Notes: generated from the letters alone by a model not told the origin. 32,000 nt of DNA from Acaryochloris marina MBIC11017 (GCF_000018105.1 NC_009926.1:330001-362000), one strand, 5' to 3'. Numbered from the stretch's first letter, positions 1-7,142 are shown. A program made the numbers and translations.

Positions 1-13
1 CAAGGCATGGCAT
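1..13 (-). CDS. start of a CDS that runs off the left edge of the window
   Basis: ATG at 13..11 on the minus strand with AGGAG 7 nt upstream (25..21). Frame is open to position 1, and only 4 codons are visible. Confidence 0.3.
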
Positions 14-108
14 GATTTATCTCCTGTTTGAGTGATGCGATTTTTTGAGAGCTTCGATAGTTGTTCCAAAGTGAGTCTTGGGCTGACATCGGCCTAGACA
101 ACCACGTC

Positions 109-393
109 TTACGCCCTTGATGAGAGAGCGGCAGTGCGAGGAGTAAGAGTTACAACTTTTACTCGTTGCTCGAAGCGTTCCTTTCCTTCCAGTCGCCGCA
201 ACCTTCTGCTCAACTCTGGTGTGGGGTATATTCCTCGTGATTGCCCACAGTCCCGGCAAATCCACCAAGTATGGCTTCCACCAGTACGATGCAGAGGAAT
301 GATTTGGTAGGCAATTGCCACTTTATACTCGTGACAATCGCAGCATTGTTTAACGGACGGCTGATAGAGCCGCCGCACGTTACGAGTAAACAT
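109..393 (-). CDS. small zinc-ribbon-like protein (94 aa), function unknown
   Basis: AGGAG about 10 nt upstream of the ATG at 393. Two CxxC pairs (CCDC and CRDC) lie about 25 residues apart. Confidence 0.55.
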   Translation of the reverse strand: MFTRNVRRLYQPSVKQCCDCHEYKVAIAYQIIPLHRTGGSHTWWICRDCGQSRGIYPTPELSRRLRRLEGKERFEQRVKVVTLTPRTAALSSRA

Positions 394-430
394 GGTACGT
401 TGCTCCTAGGATGTTTATTGGTTATTAGCT

Positions 431-471
431 GAGGCGGTTCATGCTCAGAAAGAATCGCCTCTTTATTCGTC
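431..471 (+). terminator. terminator-like hairpin oriented on the + strand, 38 nt upstream of a minus-strand start codon
   Basis: 10-bp stem gaggcggttc/gaatcgcctc with an 11-nt loop, followed by tttattcgtc. One position is a G-U pair only in the + strand RNA. Confidence 0.45.
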
Positions 472-565
472 TAATTGCTTGGAAACACAAGATTTATAAA
501 CACCAGTCAAATTATTTTGTGGTCGTGGTAAATTCTGAGGCGACTGTGAATACAAATCACTCTTA

Positions 566-597
566 AGGGCGACACCACACCAACTCCTAGTCGCCCT
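566..597. repeat. hairpin element copy R1 (agggcgac-N16-gtcgccct, then ttctc)
   Basis: 8-bp stem lying 30 nt 3' of the DUF4326 gene. About 70 percent identical over roughly 60 nt to the copy at 1177-1207. Confidence 0.5.
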
Positions 598-626
598 TTC
601 TCATACCAAAATCTGTTTTGATTGGC

Positions 627-1022
627 TCAGGATAGCTCCAACTGCTGGGGTTCCGGGTGTTTCCATACAAGGTAGGACTTAATAACATCGCCGTGGCAGG
701 CCAGGGGAGCGCACCAACAGAGCAACTTCACTTCTAGCATGGCCTCTAGTTTGGCTAGCTCTACCATCACTTGAGGACGACTGGGACGCTTCCACATACC
801 TGAGACCTGGACGTTGTACTTGTCAGCCAGATCTGGGACCACATCAATGGGATTGGCCCCCAGGTTGGCAACTTCATGGAGGTATTCACGGAATGCAGCG
901 ATGACTGCCATGCGCTCGGATTCTTGGAACATGTGAAAGGGATTGCCAAGGACGCTGGCACGGTCGCAACGGTAGCCCTCAACATTGCGATTATGGCGAA
1001 GATTAACGACGGTGATGTTCAT
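627..1022 (-). CDS. DUF4326-domain protein
   Basis: Motifs VVNLRH..GYRCDRASVLGNPF and LLCWCAPLACHGDV are typical of DUF4326. Start taken at MNITVV (1022). The upstream ATG at 1082 is an alternative. Confidence 0.75.
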   Translation of the reverse strand: MNITVVNLRHNRNVEGYRCDRASVLGNPFHMFQESERMAVIAAFREYLHEVANLGANPIDVVPDLADKYNVQVSGMWKRPSRPQVMVELAKLEAMLEVKLLCWCAPLACHGDVIKSYLVWKHPEPQQLELS

Positions 1023-1176
1023 GATATATTTGCCATTGAACGAGATAAGCTTTACGGCTTTAGGCAGGGCGTTTTTGAACACGAGAACTGCCCTTTACTA
1101 ATTCAATTAGGTCGATCTAGCACGGCTTCAAACGCAAATTTTAAGACTGTGCTAGATTTCATGAAGATTCTGTTTT

Positions 1177-1207
1177 AGGGCGACCCTAGTCAACTCCAGG
1201 CCGCCCT
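1177..1207. repeat. hairpin element copy R2
   Basis: agggcgacc...ggccgccct followed by ttctc, 58 nt 3' of the ssb stop codon. Paralogous to 566-597. Confidence 0.5.
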
Positions 1208-1264
1208 TTCTCGTCAGCAAAATTGTTCAGAAGAGTCACTTTTGGGGGTTCTTTCTCATCACCC

Positions 1265-1702
1265 CTAGAAAGGAATATTGTCATCAACAAATGAACCACC
1301 ACCAGCTTTTGACGCTACTGGTGGCTTCACCTGTCTCTGGGGCTGAGGCGGGGTATGGGTCGGGGCTGGTGCAACAGTGTTGCTCGATGCCTGCTCCCCT
1401 TGCTTGGAACCCAGCAGTTCAACCCGTTGGCAGCGAACCACCACCTTTGAGCGATTGCCGCCTGAGTTCCTGTCAACCTAGCGCTCTTGCAACAGGGAAC
1501 CACTGACCCCAATTTGCGACCCTTTCTGGCAGTACTGCCCAATCACCTCAGCGGTCTTTTCCCAAGCCTCTATCTCGAAAAAGTCAGTCTCGTCTTTGGT
1601 GCGGTTGATGGCAAGGTGGAATTTGGCAATGACTTTGCCAAACTCGAAATAGCGCATCTGTGGATCTGCAGTGAGTCTTCCAATAAGATTTACGGTATTC
1701 AT
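1265..1702 (-). pseudogene. ssb: single-stranded DNA-binding protein gene interrupted by one in-frame TAG (1480..1478)
   Basis: N-terminal OB fold MNTVNLIGRLTADPQMRYF...GSLLQER, then TAG. The same frame continues VDRNSGGNRSKVVVRCQRVELLGSK, then a Pro/Gln-rich linker, then GGGSFVDDNIPF and a stop at 1267..1265. Confidence 0.85.
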
Positions 1703-1900
1703 ATATAGACTCCTAATTTTTCAATATTTTTAAGTGCTGTGTGCCAATTAGGGACTGAGTTTAATGCCCTCTCACATCACACTTTTTCTTTCAAAGCAGA
1801 ACGCTGGATAAGTTCAAATTTCCAACTCCAGCAAGACGTGATGAGTTTTTTCAGATTGTTGTCATCACTTATCTCGATTGGGGCATCCTCACTAATGGAG

Positions 1901-2128
1901 TCATGAGAACAGAGAGCTTCTCCAACTCCACCACGTAAATAGACCTCGACAGCTTCGGTAACGAGAAGCTGTCTTTTTTTGTCTCAAACTCCCCTCAAAC
2001 CAGGCCATCCAGGATTTCGTCAACTGGCAATCACTGACATCATCCGGTAGCTCTGCCCAGAACAACTCGAACGCTTGCTGAGCCTGCCAGTAATAAGCAA
2101 ATACCCCTCGCGCACCGACCAGTTGCAC
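1901..2128 (-). CDS. hypothetical ORF, probably part of a decayed gene spanning 1901-2277
   Basis: GTG-started ORF whose 3' end runs through the + strand terminator. Protein-like sequence upstream lies in a different frame (see findings). Confidence 0.3.
   Translation of the reverse strand: MQLVGARGVFAYYWQAQQAFELFWAELPDDVSDCQLTKSWMAWFEGSLRQKKTASRYRSCRGLFTWWSWRSSLFS
1948..1981 (+). terminator. strong intrinsic terminator on the + strand inside a minus-strand gene array
   Basis: Perfect 9-bp stem gacagcttc/gaagctgtc with an 8-nt loop, followed by ttttttt. Confidence 0.6.
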
Positions 2129-2276
2129 AACAGCAAATTGCGGAGGAATAGAGCTTGGTAGGGATGAAGGCGACCGGGGTAAACCGGAAAACCCTCATCC
2201 TCACAGAAGCCCTTGATATCCTCCCGGCAATATTCCGTCAGGTTCTTCAGTGCTTACCAGTCGATGGTCGGATTCA

Positions 2277-2795
2277 TCAGCCACTCTGCAGTTGAGCCAC
2301 ATTGGTCATCGCTTTTCTGGCGACCTCTCGCCAGTTGGTCTGCTCGTCCCATGCCTGGAAAACCTTCTGGCCCATCAGCCACACGGAGCAGAACAGCACT
2401 TTCTCCTCATCAGCGGGAATCGCCTCAATGGTGATGGGATAATGGAGATGGTCTGGTGTTAGACTTGCGATCGCACTCAGGAATCCTTTCGTGAACGTGG
2501 ACTCTGAACCCGCCTCCAGGGTACAGGGACGATGAGCCATCATCTTGAATCTGAGCTTGCTCTTGGGTTTCCCTTTGTATTCACCTTTGATGAACTCGAT
2601 GCTTTGGAGATAGCCCGTAAGCGCTGGATAGGGGAGTTCTACGGGTTGGGAATCCTGATTAAGGGTATACCAAGTATTGGTATTGGCCCGATTACAGAAT
2701 ATCGCTAAGCCACTGGGACTTTCACCAAATCCGAGGGGTCGGACATGGGCTTGCTGTTGGAGTGGGGCTTGGGATCTATCTTGAGTTTTTATCAT
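2277..2795 (-). CDS. hypothetical protein (172 aa)
   Basis: Long ORF. Its ATG overlaps the end of the upstream ORF by 20 nt, and its stop overlaps the next ATG (TGATG). I recognised no family. Confidence 0.6.
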   Translation of the reverse strand: MIKTQDRSQAPLQQQAHVRPLGFGESPSGLAIFCNRANTNTWYTLNQDSQPVELPYPALTGYLQSIEFIKGEYKGKPKSKLRFKMMAHRPCTLEAGSESTFTKGFLSAIASLTPDHLHYPITIEAIPADEEKVLFCSVWLMGQKVFQAWDEQTNWREVARKAMTNVAQLQSG

Positions 2796-3036
2796 AGGTG
2801 GCCTCGTGGTGAAGGGACAAGGTAATTTCTTTAGGCTGGGTTGGCAGGCTCATAGACACCGCCAGCAACTCAGATACACCCCGAATCAGGGCAACTTTAC
2901 CAGCCTGGGATAGATTTGGGAGGAGACTTGAGATCTGCTCAAGAATGGGTAAATCTTCGGGGTTAGTGCTGTAGCTGGTGACGTTGGTCTGTGGGGCACT
3001 CACTTTTAGGGTGAGGGGTGGGATTGAAACGGTCAT
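2776..3036 (-). CDS. hypothetical protein (86 aa)
   Basis: Start chosen at MTVSIPPL (ATG 3036). The longer 148-aa version overlaps the small ORF at 3207-3362. Confidence 0.5.
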   Translation of the reverse strand: MTVSIPPLTLKVSAPQTNVTSYSTNPEDLPILEQISSLLPNLSQAGKVALIRGVSELLAVSMSLPTQPKEITLSLHHEATYDKNSR

Positions 3037-3150
3037 AGGATTTTCTCTAGATATGTGGAACCCCCAGCGAATCGGCCAGGGGAATTTATAGGTGTGAAAT
3101 AGATTAATAGGTGTAATACGAGGGGGAGAGTTTGAGGTAGCTTGTATTGT

Positions 3151-3190
3151 GGATGCGATCGTACTCACGAAGCAGCAGGTGATCGCATCC
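3151..3190. repeat. perfect 10-bp inverted repeat ggatgcgatc-N20-gatcgcatcc between two minus-strand ORFs
   Basis: Seen directly. It sits 17 nt 3' of the stop of the 3207-3362 ORF and has no U tract on either strand. Confidence 0.5.
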
Positions 3191-3206
3191 GCTAAGACCA
3201 AGATTG

Positions 3207-3362
3207 CTATACTTTGCTCCAATAGACCAGCCGCACCCCTATCGCAGCAGCATACTCCCTGATGACTGCCCCAAGGCTTTCCTGGGTCTGAGCTTGCTGG
3301 AAATCAATCAACTGGAAGGAGCGGCCATTCCAGACTTCGACTTTAGCGATGTGGATTTTCAT
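3207..3362 (-). CDS. small hypothetical protein (51 aa), below the ORF-track cutoff
   Basis: ATG at 3362 preceded by GGAGGT with a 6-nt spacer. Translation is MKIHIAKVEVWNGRSFQLIDFQQAQTQESLGAVIREYAAAIGVRLVYWSKV. Confidence 0.45.
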   Translation of the reverse strand: MKIHIAKVEVWNGRSFQLIDFQQAQTQESLGAVIREYAAAIGVRLVYWSKV

Positions 3363-3647
3363 GGGATTACCTCCAGTGATTCAGAAGGAAGCCCCCCAGT
3401 GGTGAACCAGGGGCTGATTGGTGTGGGGAGAAGCAGAAAAGAGAAGAGAAGAAAGAGAAAGGTTTTGGGAGGGGAGGGGAGGGGGTGCTGTTAATTGGGT
3501 TGCAAGGCTTGGAGCAAGAGAAAAATTCTTTCAATTCATTGATTAATTGCAGATAATTTTGGGCACCCTCAGAAAAGCATCCTGGCAGGGGGGAGCCAGA
3601 ATGCTGTCTGGGAAAAATTTTGTAGAGTTGGGAGCTTCTAGGAAGAA

Positions 3648-3893
3648 TTAGCTGCCAGTCAAGGAACGGGTAATCACCACAGCAGTTGCGCCAATGATGC
3701 CAGCCCAAGCTGTGCTGATCAGGGCTAAGGTCAAACCCCAGAGCCGACCATCCCATTTCTTGACCTGCTCATTGGTTTTGATAGTCTGCTCTTTGAGAGA
3801 ATTCAGGTCGTTTTTGACTGTACTCAAATCCTCACCAAAGCCAGTCAGTAAATTTTCAATGCGGTCAAGGCGATCAGGTTCAGATGCTGTCAT
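3648..3893 (-). CDS. coiled-coil protein with a C-terminal transmembrane anchor (81 aa)
   Basis: AAGGAG 6 nt upstream of the internal ATG at 3893. Heptad-like N-terminal half, then the hydrophobic stretch LWGLTLALISTAWAGIIGATAVVI. Confidence 0.6.
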   Translation of the reverse strand: MTASEPDRLDRIENLLTGFGEDLSTVKNDLNSLKEQTIKTNEQVKKWDGRLWGLTLALISTAWAGIIGATAVVITRSLTGS

Positions 3894-3978
3894 TGCAAGC
3901 TCCTTGGTTACTGTCATTGTATCAATCGGAGAAGAAAAGCACCCCAGCCCGGAAGCCAGGATGTAGGGGAATGTGAGC

Positions 3979-4131
3979 CTATTGCTCGTCGTATAGCTGT
4001 TGCAGTTGATCGACCTGGGAAGGACTCAGGTCTAGCCTCGAAAGCACTCTGAACTCAGCTTCAGGATATTCCCAACCCTCGTCAATCATGCCGTTGAGCA
4101 TCTGTAACGCTCTGTCCATCAAGCTATCCAT
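3979..4131 (-). CDS. small acidic hypothetical protein (50 aa), below the ORF-track cutoff
   Basis: ATG at 4131 lies 2 nt after the TAA of the DUF3768 gene. Translation is MDSLMDRALQMLNGMIDEGWEYPEAEFRVLSRLDLSPSQVDQLQQLYDEQ. Confidence 0.45.
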   Translation of the reverse strand: MDSLMDRALQMLNGMIDEGWEYPEAEFRVLSRLDLSPSQVDQLQQLYDEQ

Positions 4132-4133
4132 GA

Positions 4134-4478
4134 TTAGTACTCACTGGAATGCATGATGGTCAAAACCCTAGTAGTGACCTTTGGATCACTTGAGTCTTCC
4201 GAGCCATATTTCAAGTTTTTGTCGTAATAGTCTATCTTCCAGAGATACTGCTCATCCTGAAACTCAATTCGCCCGTAATCATGCTCTTTCCACGGGTCAT
4301 TATCTTCATTGAAGTCATCGAACGTGCGGACCAGTCGAAAGAGTTCCTGTTGTTCCTGTGACGAAAGACCTTGAACAAGCTGAGTGGTGAAGACCTGGCC
4401 TAGGGTGTGGTCACCTTGGCGAAAGCGATCATTGAGTTGGGCAATAGTGGGGGCTTGGGTTGCTTCTGTAGTGGTCAT
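4134..4478 (-). CDS. DUF3768-domain protein
   Basis: LNDRFRQG, FNEDNDPWKEHDYG, LWKIDYYDKNL, DPKVTTRVLTIM..EY match the DUF3768 pattern as I recall it. Confidence 0.8.
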   Translation of the reverse strand: MTTTEATQAPTIAQLNDRFRQGDHTLGQVFTTQLVQGLSSQEQQELFRLVRTFDDFNEDNDPWKEHDYGRIEFQDEQYLWKIDYYDKNLKYGSEDSSDPKVTTRVLTIMHSSEY

Positions 4479-4544
4479 AAGATTGTGTCCTCTGAACTTA
4501 CCTGAGACGGGGCAGGGGCAACAGGTGCCCCTGTAGTGGATGGA

Positions 4545-4838
4545 CTAGAATTCATCCTCAGCCAGTAACTGCTGAGTCGTGAATATAGGCTGGACAAAAA
4601 TCAGGCGACCTGAAGGATAGTTTTCTACTACCCACCGTTCGCATTGTTGGCGACTGGTCACATGGGCCTGACTGGGAAGCTCGATGGTTAGGTCGATTTC
4701 TTCGCCGCCGCCTCTCACGCCAGGGTAGAAATCAATGGTGATATCGAACTTCCGAGTCTTGGGATAGAGAGCAGCATATCGTTGCTCTGGAGTCAGAAGT
4801 GCTACAGTCATGTCGTGAACCTCGTAGAGGGTTTGCAT
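4545..4838 (-). CDS. hypothetical protein (97 aa)
   Basis: Clean ORF co-oriented with its neighbours. No motif recognised. Confidence 0.6.
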   Translation of the reverse strand: MQTLYEVHDMTVALLTPEQRYAALYPKTRKFDITIDFYPGVRGGGEEIDLTIELPSQAHVTSRQQCERWVVENYPSGRLIFVQPIFTTQQLLAEDEF

Positions 4839-4840
4839 GG

Positions 4841-4878
4841 AGAGCCGCTGGAGTTCTGCCAGGAAAAGCAGCGGCTCT
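4841..4878. promoter_or_regulatory. 10-bp perfect hairpin abutting the start codon of the 4545-4838 gene
   Basis: agagccgctg-N18-cagcggctct ends 2 nt from the ATG at 4838. On the + strand it is followed by tttaatgaaagtttt. Confidence 0.4.
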
Positions 4879-5044
4879 TTTAATGAAAGTTTTGTCTCTA
4901 TCCTTTGATTGCTTCTTCTAGCTTCTTTACCCAGTCTGGAAGACCTTGTGCTCTGCCTAGAAGATCATGTCTCTGGACTATTTCGGTGGAAGCCTTTCGG
5001 GGCGCTTTCCTTTCCTTTGGTATGTCTATATATTACCGTAAAGA

Positions 5045-5064
5045 TCTTTACGGTGTCAAGAATT
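5045..5064. promoter_or_regulatory. 20-bp perfect palindrome, candidate operator of the adjacent XRE regulator
   Basis: ACCGTAAAGATCTTTACGGT in the AT-rich divergent region, 45 nt upstream of the XRE ATG. Confidence 0.5.
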
Positions 5065-5108
5065 TTACATAAAGATATTTATAGATATAATGTTGGTATA
5101 AATCCTTT

Positions 5109-5342
5109 ATGGGAAAATTTCTTGTGTCCAACATCAAAGCGTTACGTGAAGATCGGGGCCTCTCCCAATCTCAACTCGCAAGAAAAATGCAAATGACGGA
5201 AACCACTATCCGAAATTGGGAACACGGTCGTACTGGCGTGGAATGGTTTGAACGGGTTGCACGGCTTTGTGAAATTCTTAACTGCACACCCAATGATCTG
5301 TTTGGATATGAAGAGGTAAGTAAAGATGACCCTGAAACGTAA
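5109..5342 (+). CDS. XRE-family helix-turn-helix transcriptional regulator
   Basis: LREDRGLSQSQLARKMQMTETTIRNWEHGR is a classic HTH_3/XRE signature. Confidence 0.85.
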   Translation: MGKFLVSNIKALREDRGLSQSQLARKMQMTETTIRNWEHGRTGVEWFERVARLCEILNCTPNDLFGYEEVSKDDPET

Positions 5343-5393
5343 CCAAAATCCCTCTATTCTTTGTAATCCTTATTATTCTTTTGAGATTAAATC

Positions 5394-5684
5394 ATGACCT
5401 CTGAAGAGCTTCAGCAACTCATCGAATCTAACGCCAAAGCAATTGAGGCACTTGCCACTCAGCAAACAGAACGGCAACGCCATACTGATCGACAAATCGC
5501 TGAATTAACAAGAACTGTCAGTACTTTTGTTAGAGAGACCTCTGATGTTGTCTCAAATTTAATGAATGATCGGGCAACGATGTATGAACTCATCTCACAA
5601 AATAGCGAAGCTCAAGCCTCGATCAATGAATCACTGTCCCAAATTGCGGAAGCTATTTCTAGGATTGCTGATAAAGACAACTAA
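5394..5684 (+). CDS. coiled-coil hypothetical protein (96 aa)
   Basis: ORF 51 nt downstream of the XRE gene. Sequence is heptad-rich and alpha-helical in character. Confidence 0.55.
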   Translation: MTSEELQQLIESNAKAIEALATQQTERQRHTDRQIAELTRTVSTFVRETSDVVSNLMNDRATMYELISQNSEAQASINESLSQIAEAISRIADKDN

Positions 5685-5838
5685 CCTTGCGGCATTCTCT
5701 AACTTGGGGTAGAAGCATACTTTGGCTTGAGATGGTCAAAGACCGACCAAAGGTCATCACACTTCGGACATCACTTCAATCCTTTCTCACCTTAGACAGC
5801 CCCAGCCCAAGCCGACAGGCAAGGGCTGAAGGACAGAA

Positions 5839-6894
5839 CTACCGAGCGATCGCAATCTCTCTCCAAGTGGATTGGGGCAGGCTCAACACTTGAGACCCCA
5901 TTGCTTCTAGCTCCGTAGCTCGGTCATAGCTCTCGACATCTTGGGAAGTCCGGGTGACCGCATTCATCATGCCGTATGCGGTCAGGTCGCCACCCTGGAT
6001 CAGATGGGTGAGAATTCCAGAGCGTTCTTCCTGATTGACGTTGAGCTTATCACCCAACACCTCTACAGCCGTGACCGGATTGCCCTCAATCTTGCGTTCG
6101 GTGGCATCGCGCATCTGCTCTACAATCTGGGTGAACTTGGCGATATCAGCAGCACCACACACCATGTCTCGAACTTTGAGCAAAAGCGCTCTATCATCAG
6201 CTTCACGGGTTTCGTCGCTGAACAATTCTACGGCTGCATCACTTTCACCGACTTGACGACCCACATGATATTTCTTGAAACTGTGGTCTTGAGAAATAAG
6301 ACCGTTGAGACACACGAGCCTGTATACCAGCGGCTCAATTCGAATGGAGCCAAGCCCAATCTCAGAGTTGGAGATGACCACCCCAGCTTGGACAGCATCC
6401 CCTTTCCTCACATCGAGCTGAACTCGCTCATTTACTGCCTTGATGTACAGTCGTGAATCAGTCAGGCCCACACTCATGATTTTTAAGCCTTGACCAAATT
6501 CAGCCAAGACGGGTAATACCGTTTCAGCAATCTCAAAGTTGTCCACTCTGCGATAGCGGTCGGACAAAAAGGCACGAGCTGAGCCGTCAAGAGTGCGAAT
6601 CATGCGCCGCTCTGGATTGGTATTGAACCAGTGGTTGACGTTTTCTGCCAGAAGTTGGGGGGCTGACGATTGCATCCGTCGATAGTATTTCAGGGGAATG
6701 CTGAGGCGTTGGGAAATCTGGCCGTGGGTATGTTCAGTAGTTGTGAATGTTTCTTCAACTGCTTCAGATTCGACTGTGATCGAGCCATCAGGGTTCATTT
6801 CAAGGGTGCGTGTGTCAGCAACAAAATCGCGCTTGGCCTCAGCCTGATCTTGGACAGCTTGGGCCATTTCAACGAGCGTAAGTCCTTGTTTCAT
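5839..6894 (-). CDS. DUF932-domain protein (phage/plasmid-associated family)
   Basis: AAGGAG 9 nt upstream of the ATG. HTHGQISQRLSIPLKYYRRM, RMIRTL..ARAFLSDRYR, ISNSEIGLGS and YRLVCLNG match the DUF932 pattern. Confidence 0.85.
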   Translation of the reverse strand: MKQGLTLVEMAQAVQDQAEAKRDFVADTRTLEMNPDGSITVESEAVEETFTTTEHTHGQISQRLSIPLKYYRRMQSSAPQLLAENVNHWFNTNPERRMIRTLDGSARAFLSDRYRRVDNFEIAETVLPVLAEFGQGLKIMSVGLTDSRLYIKAVNERVQLDVRKGDAVQAGVVISNSEIGLGSIRIEPLVYRLVCLNGLISQDHSFKKYHVGRQVGESDAAVELFSDETREADDRALLLKVRDMVCGAADIAKFTQIVEQMRDATERKIEGNPVTAVEVLGDKLNVNQEERSGILTHLIQGGDLTAYGMMNAVTRTSQDVESYDRATELEAMGSQVLSLPQSTWREIAIAR

Positions 6895-6917
6895 TGTTAG
6901 AATCTCCTTGGTTTGTC

Positions 6918-7115
6918 TTAAGCCAGCGGAAGAGAGTCGATTGCAACCCGTTTCTCTTCCGCTTTGACTTGTAATTGTTTTTGAACTTTTAATTCATCCA
7001 CCGAGGGCATCAGACCGTAATCCAGCGTTACCCCGGTTTCGTGTCTGCGGTATTCAGCAGGGTGACCTAGCACTTCGTAGAACTCACTTATTTGGTTGAG
7101 GTGGAAGCCTTTCAT
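6918..7115 (-). CDS. small hypothetical protein (65 aa), first gene of the DUF932 transcription unit
   Basis: ORF ending 24 nt before the DUF932 start. Its 5' end and leader are duplicated as a relic at about 4985-5010. Confidence 0.55.
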   Translation of the reverse strand: MKGFHLNQISEFYEVLGHPAEYRRHETGVTLDYGLMPSVDELKVQKQLQVKAEEKRVAIDSLPLA

Positions 7116-7142
7116 TGGGCGCTTTCCTTTCCGTTCACTTAT

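Noticed and set aside
241-432. + strand 63-aa ORF (TTG start) ending at the 431-471 hairpin
   Set aside because: It overlaps the zinc-ribbon ORF on the other strand, which has an SD sequence and paired CxxC motifs. It is retained only as a caveat in the corresponding finding.
876-1178. + strand 100-aa ORF ending exactly at hairpin R2
   Set aside because: Half of it is antisense to the motif-supported DUF4326 gene, and it has no recognisable features. I note the coincidence with the hairpin but cannot support it as a gene.
1291-1542. ORFs 1291-1506 (+) and 1327-1542 (-)
   Set aside because: They overlap the 3' half of the interrupted ssb gene, whose own frame shows canonical SSB sequence.
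3204-3756. ORFs 3204-3494 (+) and 3367-3756 (-)
   Set aside because: Both are low-complexity translations of the polypurine/G-rich tract (KEKRRKRK, or SPPLPKPFSFF on the other strand). They also conflict with the SD-supported small ORF at 3207-3362.
5941-6456. 171-aa + strand ORF (and the nested ORF 6035-6256)
   Set aside because: It is entirely antisense to the well-supported DUF932 gene.
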